A stretch of DNA of 64,000 nt from Candidatus Bathyarchaeota archaeon. GTDB lineage: Archaea > Thermoproteota > Bathyarchaeia > Bathyarchaeales > Bathycorpusculaceae. The DNA is taken from positions 3,697 to 67,696 of the forward strand of contig JAGTQX010000004.1 of NCBI GenBank assembly GCA_018396675.1. The letters are read 5' to 3'. Under the pieces are notes generated by a model, which saw nothing but the letters and a program-made list of their open reading frames with translations, did not search any database and was not told the origin of the DNA. Within the stretch, counting starts at the first letter, position 1. Every line of letters begins with the position of its first letter. Below are positions 38,936-46,731 of this stretch, in pieces. The position numbers were made by a program, and so were the translations under genes.

Positions 38936-39355
38936 TTACTTACCTTCTTTTGCCAAGTTTTTGTGCCATTCAACAGCTTTGTTAAAGTCCATTAGGTTTG
39001 CAAGTTCAGCTTGTAGGTTTGAGGGTTTTAATATGAGTAGCCAGCCTTTTCCATACGGGTCTTCATTTAGCAGTTCTGGTTTTGACTGAACCTCGGCGTT
39101 TACTTCTTCCACGGTGCCGCTTACTGGGGCTACTAGGTCGGACACTGCCTTTACGGATTCAACTGTGCCGTAGGGTTCGTTTTGTTTGGTTGTTGCTCCT
39201 GGACTTGGGAGTTCAGCGTAGACGATTTCGCGAAGCTGCTTCTGGGCGTAGTCTGTTATGCCGACGCGCACTTTGTCTCCTTCGATTTTCAGCCACTCAA
39301 AATCCTTTGTGTAATACAAGCCTTCTGGAACTTCGTATCCGTCAACTTTAACCAT
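38936..39355 (-). CDS. gcvH: Glycine cleavage system H protein (lipoyl carrier)
   Basis: YTKDFEWLK, GITDYAQ, and the lipoyl-lysine context ESVKAVSDLVAPVSG. 139 aa. Confidence 0.9.
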   Translation of the reverse strand: MVKVDGYEVPEGLYYTKDFEWLKIEGDKVRVGITDYAQKQLREIVYAELPSPGATTKQNEPYGTVESVKAVSDLVAPVSGTVEEVNAEVQSKPELLNEDPYGKGWLLILKPSNLQAELANLMDFNKAVEWHKNLAKEGK

Positions 39356-39381
39356 TTTGTTTCACCTCTAAAGTTGCATTA

Positions 39382-39392
39382 TTTTCTACACG
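39382..39392. repeat. Left copy of an 11-bp inverted repeat (TTTTCTACACG) flanking the R-M cassette
   Basis: Exact reverse complement of 41511-41521 (CGTGTAGAAAA). Confidence 0.5.
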
Positions 39393-39587
39393 CTTTAACC
39401 TTTAAAATTAACTGTTAAAAGGAAGTGTAATGTTTATCCTTGCATTAGGGTTTTAAGTTGTTCTATTTCTTTAGCTAGAATTAGATTGCTCTTTTAGATA
39501 TTTTAATCTCACTGACAAAATTGAATTTGCTTCGATTGCACTGATTTTGATTAAATTTTATTTAGGTATAAGTTCTTATACTATATC

Positions 39588-40229
39588 ATGAGTGGGATTG
39601 ATAAAGAAACAGTTAGAGAACGACAAAGACGAGTTACGTTGTCTGGTGGCCACTGGGAAGAGTATGTGAGATTATTTCTCGCTGAAAGATTGGAAGATTC
39701 AGGAATAGAAGTTATTGTTGGCAAGTTTGAGAGCCAAATAAAACAAAGAAGTCGAAAACTGTGGAAGATGCTATCTCTTCCATTAAAAGTTTCAACATCC
39801 AAGGACACAATCTGGGGAGATATTGATTTAGTGGCAGTTAAGGATGAAATTCCTATAACTGTAATAAGCTGTAAGACTAGTTTGCACGGTCGTTTTACTG
39901 AAACTCTCTTTTGGAGTTTGTTGTATAGAATGTTGACAAAAGTGAGAGTTGTGCTCGCAACTTGTGATGCTGGAAGTGGGAAACCTGGAGATTTAAGATC
40001 TGAATGGGGAACAGCCGAAAATCCAAACGATTATCGCTTGCTTGCGGAATCATATTTGGATGGCGTTTATGTTGAAAACGTCCCTGAATTTTGCACGTTG
40101 CAAGAACCTACTGCCTTAGGCGGCATTGTTAGACCTCTAAGTGAGTTGCCCAACGACATCAAAAGGTGGTCTGAAGAAATTTCAAAAGTTATTCAAGTCA
40201 GAAGAGGCGACTTGGAGCACTTCATCTAA
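39588..40229 (+). CDS. Putative type II restriction endonuclease (PD-(D/E)xK-like)
   Basis: 213 aa. WGDIDLVAV...ITVISCKTSLHGRFTE looks like a D...(S)xK...E nuclease core. It is convergent with, and overlaps, a DNA methyltransferase gene. The region is AT-richer than its neighbours. Confidence 0.55.
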   Translation: MSGIDKETVRERQRRVTLSGGHWEEYVRLFLAERLEDSGIEVIVGKFESQIKQRSRKLWKMLSLPLKVSTSKDTIWGDIDLVAVKDEIPITVISCKTSLHGRFTETLFWSLLYRMLTKVRVVLATCDAGSGKPGDLRSEWGTAENPNDYRLLAESYLDGVYVENVPEFCTLQEPTALGGIVRPLSELPNDIKRWSEEISKVIQVRRGDLEHFI

Positions 40230-41330
40230 CTTTTGTTGCGTTATGCCATACGACTTTAGTCTTTTTACCGCCAAATCGCAATATTTTTTGTCAATCTCTA
40301 TACCGATACCAATTCTGTTAGTTTGCAAGCACGCTATCAAAGTTGTTCCACTGCCTAGAAAAGGATCGAGAACAGTATCGCCAACAAAGCTGAACAACTT
40401 TATGCATCGTCTAGGTAACTCAACTGGAAAAGGTGATGGGTGTCCAATTTTTGTTCTGTTTTCCCCGCTAAAGTTCCATACAGCATTTGTCCATTCAATG
40501 AACTCGGCTCTTGTCATGTCTGATTTACCTTCACGTTTCTTTTTCCACTCTTTTTTGTATAAAACCACAATAACTTCAACTGGTGCTATAACGAAAGGTG
40601 CGGATGCACTCATCCATGAACCCCAAGCTGTTCTGCGAGAAATGTTTTGTTCGTTCCAAATGATGGTAGCATGATATCTCCATCCAACTTCTTTAGCAAT
40701 AGTTGTAATGTCGGCGCAGACACTTTGTTGTCCACCTTTATTCTTATCTAAAGGAATGTTTAAACAAAATCTTCCATCATCTTTAGCGAAGTCATAACAT
40801 CTTTTTAGCCAATTTCTCGTAAACTCGAGATATTTGTCGTAAGGGATGCTGTCATCATAATTTTCATATTTTATGTCCACGTCATAAGGGGGTGAAGTAA
40901 CAATCAAGTCTATGCTGTTATTCTCTATGGCTTTTGTTTTTAAAATATTATCGTTGAAAATGGTGATGGAGTCGTATTTAAAATATGGTTTAATTACGGA
41001 TGCTTTCATGTTCTCCTCGCCAATAAAATTGCGTTTGCCCGTTTTATCTTTTTGCTCCTGTTCTAGCATGGTTGAATCTTCACAAGTATTCAACGGAAAA
41101 ACATAATAGCCTTTTTCCTTTTTTATCATGTTGACAACTGTACCTTCAGGAAATCTATTTTTAAGATAAATGGACCAAAGTCTTCCATATTTATCAATCT
41201 TTGCACTAAAACCGTTTAGTGTTGTAAGACATGGTAATTTAGAGCCTCCAATAAGTTCTGGCCTAAATTTTGAAGGAATTTGAATAAATCCCAGTTTGCA
41301 TTCCATCTTCTTAAGAATTTTGCTGAACAT
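40182..41330 (-). CDS. DNA methyltransferase, beta-class N4-cytosine/N6-adenine (PF01555-like) with extra N-terminal domain
   Basis: The motif order IDLIVTSPPYDV (motif IV), then HPSPFPVELP, then DPFLGSGTT (motif I) is typical of beta-group amino-methyltransferases. The first ~110 aa lie outside the MTase core. Confidence 0.85.
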   Translation of the reverse strand: MFSKILKKMECKLGFIQIPSKFRPELIGGSKLPCLTTLNGFSAKIDKYGRLWSIYLKNRFPEGTVVNMIKKEKGYYVFPLNTCEDSTMLEQEQKDKTGKRNFIGEENMKASVIKPYFKYDSITIFNDNILKTKAIENNSIDLIVTSPPYDVDIKYENYDDSIPYDKYLEFTRNWLKRCYDFAKDDGRFCLNIPLDKNKGGQQSVCADITTIAKEVGWRYHATIIWNEQNISRRTAWGSWMSASAPFVIAPVEVIVVLYKKEWKKKREGKSDMTRAEFIEWTNAVWNFSGENRTKIGHPSPFPVELPRRCIKLFSFVGDTVLDPFLGSGTTLIACLQTNRIGIGIEIDKKYCDLAVKRLKSYGITQQKLDEVLQVASSDLNNF

Positions 41331-41510
41331 CCTTATTCTTTTAGCCTAACTTGCCTATAATAACTTTTATGTTAAACTAAAAATACGGTTTTCTTTTATC
41401 TTATTGAACCACTACTATCTACGTTCAAGCTCTTCAACCAGCAAATCCCGCAAACTCATTTCAGTTGGTAAACCCACAAGCAACCCGCCCTTACCCAATA
41501 ATACACGCTA

Positions 41511-41521
41511 CGTGTAGAAAA
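41511..41521. repeat. Right copy of the 11-bp inverted repeat (CGTGTAGAAAA)
   Basis: Exact reverse complement of 39382-39392. Confidence 0.5.
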
Positions 41522-41597
41522 ATTTTCTTTGAGGTTTCTTTTGGAAAATGTTTAATTAATTGGTTTAGCGTAAAGCTGTGCAGATGGAAGGATAAAA

Positions 41598-41975
41598 TTG
41601 AGTGAAGAAATAGCTAAACTTCCCCCACAAGTGCAAGAACGCCTTTTGAGGCTTCAACAAGTCCAGCAGACGCTACAGTCTGTTCTGGCGCAAAAACAAC
41701 AAGTAGAAATAGAGTTAACAGAAATAGAACAAGCCTTAACCGAACTGCAAAAAGTAGCCGAAGACGCGGTTATCTATAAGGCTATAGGCTCGCTTTTAGT
41801 GAAAACCGACAAGGCAAAAGTTGCAGCTGACCTAAACGAACGCAAAGAACTGCTTAACACGCGAGCCACAGTTTTAGGCAAACAAGAAGAACGCCTACGC
41901 GTTCAAATGAAAGAACTTCAAACAAAACTTCAACAGGACTTAACTCCTGTCCCAAGCGGCGGCACCACAGAATAG
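41598..41975 (+). CDS. pfdB: Prefoldin beta subunit
   Basis: Coiled-coil / beta-hairpin / coiled-coil layout: LPPQVQERLLRLQQVQQTLQSV..., VYKAIGSLLVKTDK, then EERLRVQMKELQTKLQ. TTG start. Confidence 0.85.
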   Translation: MSEEIAKLPPQVQERLLRLQQVQQTLQSVLAQKQQVEIELTEIEQALTELQKVAEDAVIYKAIGSLLVKTDKAKVAADLNERKELLNTRATVLGKQEERLRVQMKELQTKLQQDLTPVPSGGTTE

Positions 41976-41993
41976 AAGCGAAATAAGACGCGT

Positions 41994-42308
41994 TTGGGTG
42001 AAAAATTGGAAGAACTCGGCTTGCCAGAGTTGACCCCAGAACAAGTTGAAGCATTATGCTCGCTGGCTGAAAAAGCCGCAAGAGAATACATACTATCAAA
42101 GGTTCCGCCGAAACGCGTAGAAACACTAAACATAAGCGTGGAAACCGAAGGAGAAAAGCCGTTAACGCTTACAATCGAGGTTGAGCTAACCTTATCACCA
42201 CTAATGCGAAACCACGACACGCAAAAACTTGCAGACGAAGCCGTAAAAGAAGCCTTCACCATAGCCGAAAAATACTTGAGGGAACTGAAGTGTCATTCAC
42301 AGAAATAA
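41994..42308 (+). CDS. DUF3194-like small archaeal protein
   Basis: 104 aa. It lies downstream of pfdB, as I recall for DUF3194 in other archaea. Pattern: LTPEQVEALCSLAEKAAREYI..V..L.ISVE.. . The family assignment is from memory only. Confidence 0.45.
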   Translation: MGEKLEELGLPELTPEQVEALCSLAEKAAREYILSKVPPKRVETLNISVETEGEKPLTLTIEVELTLSPLMRNHDTQKLADEAVKEAFTIAEKYLRELKCHSQK

Positions 42309-43294
42309 CAAAAATAATAGATGAAACCAACACAAAAAAAATATTGCTGTTATGCCACCACAACGCAGACCCAGACGCGATATGCTCAGCCTACGCCATG
42401 TCAAGCCTTATCAGCAAATACAAGCCACAATTAACAGTGGAAATCGGCGCAGCACAAGGAATAAGCCGTCTCTCAAAACACGTTTTGGCACATTTACCAA
42501 TAAAAGTGGAAACGAAACCCAACGTGGAAAACGCAGACGTAATAATGCTTCTAGACACGAACACGATACAACAGCTTAACAACCTAGCAGACAAAGTCAA
42601 AAACTCAAAAGCACCAATAATAGTAATCGACCACCACGCGGCACACCCAGAAACAGAAAAAACAGCCAAACTCTGCATAACAGACGAAAACGCTTCCTCC
42701 ACATGCGAAATAATCTACAGATTCTACAAAGAAACAAACACAAAAATCAACGAAACCGAAGCTAAAGCACTCTTTATAGGCATAGCCTTCGACACCCGCC
42801 ACTTTGTTCTAGCCAACTCTTCAACACTTAAAACCATAGCCGAACTTATAGACACAGGCGTAAACGCTCAAGAAGCATTAGCCATACTTTCTTTGCCAAT
42901 GGATTTTTCCGAAAGAGTAGCAAGGTTGAAAGCTTGCAGAAGAGCCAAACTCTTCAAAATAGGCGAATGGATAATCGCGTTATCACACGTAAGCGCGTAC
43001 CAAGCCTCAGCAGCACGCGCAATAATAGACCTAGGCGCAAACGTGGCTGCAGTGGCTGGACAGAAAAACGAAAGCCTAGAAATAAGCCTCCGCTGCTCAA
43101 GAGACTTCCATGAAAAAACAAACATTCACCTTGGCAAAGACATAGCTAAACCATTAGGTGAATACCTCAACGGAATGGGAGGGGGACATGCAACAGCCGC
43201 AGGCGTTAACGGCGCCGGAGAAATCGAAGCTGGATTAAAACGGTGCTTGAAGCTTTTGAGAGAGAAAATAGAGCAAAACAAAACCCAAAATTAA
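42290..43294 (+). CDS. DHH/DHHA1-family phosphoesterase (NrnA-like)
   Basis: LLCHHNADPDAICSA (DHH motif I-II region), VIDHHA (DHH) and GGGHATAAG (the DHHA1 GGGH motif). GTG start overlapping the upstream ORF. Confidence 0.8.
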   Translation: MSFTEITKIIDETNTKKILLLCHHNADPDAICSAYAMSSLISKYKPQLTVEIGAAQGISRLSKHVLAHLPIKVETKPNVENADVIMLLDTNTIQQLNNLADKVKNSKAPIIVIDHHAAHPETEKTAKLCITDENASSTCEIIYRFYKETNTKINETEAKALFIGIAFDTRHFVLANSSTLKTIAELIDTGVNAQEALAILSLPMDFSERVARLKACRRAKLFKIGEWIIALSHVSAYQASAARAIIDLGANVAAVAGQKNESLEISLRCSRDFHEKTNIHLGKDIAKPLGEYLNGMGGGHATAAGVNGAGEIEAGLKRCLKLLREKIEQNKTQN

Positions 43295-43352
43295 GTAGCT
43301 ACTCTTAAATGAAGAGGAAAAATTCGCTTAAATTGTGGTGGAAAAACCAAGA

Positions 43353-44201
43353 ATGCCGCTAATCGAAACAAAAAACCTCACATATACTTACCCAGGCGCG
43401 ACAAAACCCTCAATTATAGACGTTTCCATAAAAATCGAGAAAGGAGAATTCGCACTAATCACGGGCCCAAGCGGATGCGGAAAAACAACGCTATGCAGAT
43501 GCTTCAACGGGCTGATTCCACACTTTTACCAAGGCGAGCTAAAAGGTGAAATAACAGTAGCCGGCTTAAAAATTCAAGAACACCCAACCTACGAACTTGC
43601 AGCACACGTAGGATTAGTTTTCCAAAACCCAGAAAACCAGCTTTTCGCCCTATCAGTCGAGAAGGACGTAGCCTTCGGGCTCGAAAACCTCGGAGTCCCA
43701 AGAGAGGAAATACGCAAAAAAGTTGACTGGGCACTGAAGCTTACTGGAATTTATGAACTTCGAGAAAGAACACCAACCGAACTTTCAGGCGGACAACAAC
43801 AACGAGTCGCCATAGCATCCGTTTTAGCCATGCAACCAGAAGTAATAGTTCTAGATGAGCCTACATCCTTCCTAGACCCGCTGGGAGCCAAAAAAATCTT
43901 TGAAGTCATCTACGACTTGAATAGAAAACTTGGAATAACAATAGTGCTTGTTGAACACAGACTAGATTTAACAGCAAAATATGCAAACCACATAATAATA
44001 ATGGATAATGGAAAAGTCATTTTAGACGGGGAACCGCATGAAATTTTAAACTCTGACGAAGCCCGCCTCGTAGGAGTCGGAATCCCAAAAGCAACACGCC
44101 TCTACCAAATACTACAAAACGACGGAATAAAATTCGGCGGAAAAGTTCCACTCTCATCAGAGGAAATGGCTGAAAAAGTAAAGGAGGCGCTTAAACGCTA
44201 A
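43353..44201 (+). CDS. ecfA1: ECF/cobalt-type ABC transporter ATPase component 1
   Basis: Walker A GPSGCGKTT, LSGGQQQRVAIA signature, Walker B VIVLDEPTS, and the H-loop VEHR. Confidence 0.85.
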   Translation: MPLIETKNLTYTYPGATKPSIIDVSIKIEKGEFALITGPSGCGKTTLCRCFNGLIPHFYQGELKGEITVAGLKIQEHPTYELAAHVGLVFQNPENQLFALSVEKDVAFGLENLGVPREEIRKKVDWALKLTGIYELRERTPTELSGGQQQRVAIASVLAMQPEVIVLDEPTSFLDPLGAKKIFEVIYDLNRKLGITIVLVEHRLDLTAKYANHIIIMDNGKVILDGEPHEILNSDEARLVGVGIPKATRLYQILQNDGIKFGGKVPLSSEEMAEKVKEALKR

Positions 44202-45031
44202 TGATTGAGGCACAAGACCTTCATTTTACGTATCCAAACGGTGTTGAAGCACTTAAAGGCATCTCATTAACAATACATGACGGTGAATTCGTGGCAATAA
44301 TGGGAGAAAACGGCGCAGGAAAAACAACTCTCGTGAAACATTTCAATGGACTGTTAAAACCTACACTTGGAAAAGTGCTCGTCGACGGAGTAGAAACAAC
44401 AAAAGTCAGCGTAGCATCACTTGCGAGAAAAGTTGGCTTCGTGTTCCAAAATCCAGACCACCAACTTTTCAGCGAAACCGTCGAAGAAGAAATAGCCTTC
44501 GCACTCAAAAACTTCGGCTTCAGCGCCGACATAATAGAAAAACGCGTAACATGGGCACTAAACCTACTAGGCTTAACACAGTACAGAAGAACTTCACCAT
44601 TCATGCTCAGCGGCGGCGAAAGAAAACGTGTCGCCTTGGCCTCGGTGCTTGCATGGGATCCGACGATACTGATTTTAGACGAGCCGACGATCGGGCAGGA
44701 TTACCAGCAGAAGGAGAAGCTTCGCCAATTCATCTTACAGTTAAAGGCTCAAGGAAAAACCATTGTCATGGTTACGCATGATGTGGAATTCGTGGCGGAA
44801 TGCAACCCAAGAGTTCTTCTCATGCGCGGCGGAAAAATAGTTGCAGACGGCGAAGCGAGAAAAGTGCTTACTAACCCAGAAATATTGGAACACGCATCAA
44901 TAGTTCCTCCTCAAATAGCCCAAATCTTCATACAACTATCAGAGCTGAACCTGGACTTCCCGAAAGACGTTATTGACGTTTACGAAGCCCGAGAGATCCT
45001 ACTAAAAACTTTAGGGAGGCGCAACCAATGA
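44201..45031 (+). CDS. ecfA2: ECF/cobalt-type ABC transporter ATPase component 2
   Basis: Walker A GENGAGKTT, LSGGERKRVALA, ILILDEPT and VTHD. Its start overlaps the upstream stop (TAATG). Confidence 0.85.
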   Translation: MIEAQDLHFTYPNGVEALKGISLTIHDGEFVAIMGENGAGKTTLVKHFNGLLKPTLGKVLVDGVETTKVSVASLARKVGFVFQNPDHQLFSETVEEEIAFALKNFGFSADIIEKRVTWALNLLGLTQYRRTSPFMLSGGERKRVALASVLAWDPTILILDEPTIGQDYQQKEKLRQFILQLKAQGKTIVMVTHDVEFVAECNPRVLLMRGGKIVADGEARKVLTNPEILEHASIVPPQIAQIFIQLSELNLDFPKDVIDVYEAREILLKTLGRRNQ

Positions 45032-45822
45032 GCTTTTTTGAGGGCTTACGCTTTAGAAGAGTCAGCTCACCTATCCACAATCTTGACCCGAGAATAAAAT
45101 TCATCTATGCATGCGCAATCTTTGTGATTGCAATACTTTTTTGGGAATTCTTGCCACTGGCAGTGCTTTTTGTAATTCAGATTCCTTTTGTGCTAATTGC
45201 GGGAGTAAAACGGGAGTGGATACGTTCCATGCGAGGAGCCGCGTTTCTAGCATCAATAATTTTCTTGACAAACTTAATTTTCTCGTTCATAAACGCTGGA
45301 TACACGATTACACTTTCGTCTTTGGAATACGCGTTAGCCATGACATTAAGATTTCTTGTTTTAATAGAGTCCTTCTCGATATTTTTCCTGACAACTTCAC
45401 CAGATCATTTAGGTTTAGCCCTAGAACAAACCCATGTGCCATACGAGTTTTGCTTTGCATTCACGACAGCCGTGCGTTTTGTCCCCGTTCTAGCTGAAGA
45501 AGCCCAAACAATAATGGACGCACAAAAAGCAAGAGGACTTGAGTTGGAGAAGGGGAATTTCTTGAAAAGAATTAGAAATTACATCCCGATACTTATACCC
45601 CTAATTGTCAGCGCAATTCGCAGAAGCTTGGAGTTGGCAGAAGCAATGGAATCACGCGCATGGGGAGCCACAAAGAAACGAACGAACTTATACGTTTTAA
45701 AGATGAAAAGAAACGATTTTGTCTTTATAGCCATAACAGTTGGCATTTTGGCCGCTGCAATATTTGTTCGCTTATATGTCACGGTTCCACATTTAGAGAT
45801 AATCTTGAAAGGATTTACCTAA
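45028..45822 (+). CDS. ecfT: ECF transporter transmembrane (T) component (CbiQ/EcfT family)
   Basis: Multi-TM protein with the conserved ARG..L-type coupling helices (MDAQKARGLELE; RRSLELAEAMESRAW). ATGA overlap with ecfA2. Confidence 0.8.
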   Translation: MSFFEGLRFRRVSSPIHNLDPRIKFIYACAIFVIAILFWEFLPLAVLFVIQIPFVLIAGVKREWIRSMRGAAFLASIIFLTNLIFSFINAGYTITLSSLEYALAMTLRFLVLIESFSIFFLTTSPDHLGLALEQTHVPYEFCFAFTTAVRFVPVLAEEAQTIMDAQKARGLELEKGNFLKRIRNYIPILIPLIVSAIRRSLELAEAMESRAWGATKKRTNLYVLKMKRNDFVFIAITVGILAAAIFVRLYVTVPHLEIILKGFT

Positions 45823-45870
45823 ACCACAAGACTTTTAACGCAGACTTTCGTGTAAAGGTTTTCTCGGAGC

Positions 45871-46479
45871 TTGAAAAACTTGAAATGGTTGAAGGCAGCG
45901 GCGGAAGAAATCATTTTAGGAATAAAAAGTTCCATTGAAGAACTTAACACAAATGAAGTGGAACGCTTTATCCAGTTGCTAATTGAAGCGAAAAACAAGA
46001 AAATCTTTGTGGCGGGAATGGGAAGAAGCGGGTTTGTGGGCAGAGCCTTCGCATTGCGTTTAATGAACTTGGGCTTTAATGTTTACTTTTTAGGAGAAAC
46101 AATAACACCAGCCGCTGAAAAAGGAGACCTTCTGATAGCCATTTCCGGAACCGGTGCGACAAAAATGATTTTAACAGCCAGTTCCGCAGCAAAAGACATA
46201 GGAGCAACCGTCATAGCAATAACGTCATTTCCAGAATCTCCGCTTGGACAGATAGCTGATTTGACTGTGACGATTAAAGGAAGGACAAAGGCTGGTTGGC
46301 CGAGAGAGGAGGATTATTTGGCTAGGCAACTTATGGGTGAAAAAGAGCCTCTAACGCCTTTAGGAAGCATATTTGAGAATAACTGCATGGTTTTTCTTGA
46401 CGGTTTAATTGTAGAGCTTATGCATAGGATGGGAACAACCGAAGAAGACTTAAGGCGAAGGCACGCCACAATAGAGTAG
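45871..46479 (+). CDS. 6-phospho-3-hexuloisomerase-like SIS-domain protein
   Basis: FVAGMGRSGFVGRAFALRLMNLG, LLIAISGTGAT and PLGSIFE are PHI/SIS signatures. TTG start. Confidence 0.75.
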   Translation: MKNLKWLKAAAEEIILGIKSSIEELNTNEVERFIQLLIEAKNKKIFVAGMGRSGFVGRAFALRLMNLGFNVYFLGETITPAAEKGDLLIAISGTGATKMILTASSAAKDIGATVIAITSFPESPLGQIADLTVTIKGRTKAGWPREEDYLARQLMGEKEPLTPLGSIFENNCMVFLDGLIVELMHRMGTTEEDLRRRHATIE

Positions 46480-46509
46480 CACAATCGCGCGTACAAGTAA
46501 CAAAGGAGA

Positions 46510-46596
46510 GTGTTTGAAATCCGAGCGAAATGGAAAAAGAAGCGGATGAAGCGGCAGAAAAAGAAAAGAGAAAAACGGAAAGCCAGATACAAGTAG
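46510..46596 (+). CDS. rpl41e: Ribosomal protein eL41 (28 codons; too short for the ORF track)
   Basis: My translation of 46510-46593 is (V/M)FEIRAKWKKKRMKRQKKKREKRKARYK, then a stop. The KW(K/R)KKR..R.K.KR.K..AR.K pattern matches eL41 (compare yeast [25 protein letters not shown], from memory). A T7 tract follows the stop. The start codon (GTG at 46510) is uncertain. Confidence 0.55.
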   Translation: MFEIRAKWKKKRMKRQKKKREKRKARYK

Positions 46597-46597
46597 C

Positions 46598-46604
46598 TTT
46601 TTTT
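46598..46604 (+). terminator. Oligo-T tract (T7) immediately after the eL41 stop
   Basis: tagCTTTTTTTaaa. Archaeal RNA polymerase terminates at oligo-T tracts (established knowledge). Confidence 0.4.
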
Positions 46605-46672
46605 AAACTGGTTATATTCTTGTTTTAGGTTTGTTCAAGATTAGAAGTGCATATAGCTTATTAAGACTTGCG

Positions 46673-46683
46673 ATATTATATTA
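46673..46683 (+). promoter_or_regulatory. Candidate TATA-like element upstream of the pilus ATPase gene
   Basis: atattatatta lies about 50-60 nt upstream of the ATG at 46732, with a purine-rich aaaaggga just before the start. By eye only. Confidence 0.3.
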
Positions 46684-46731
46684 TTCAAAGGAAAGCATAG
46701 ACCATAAACTAAAACACAAAAGGGAAAACGA

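Noticed and set aside
41415-41507. Short minus-strand open frame ..VLLGKGGLLVGLPTEMSLRDLLVEELERR just inside the right inverted repeat of the R-M cassette.
   Set aside because: It is too short (30 sense codons between stops) and has no recognisable family. It may be a remnant of a lost gene. It is mentioned under the inverted-repeat finding but is not called as a feature.
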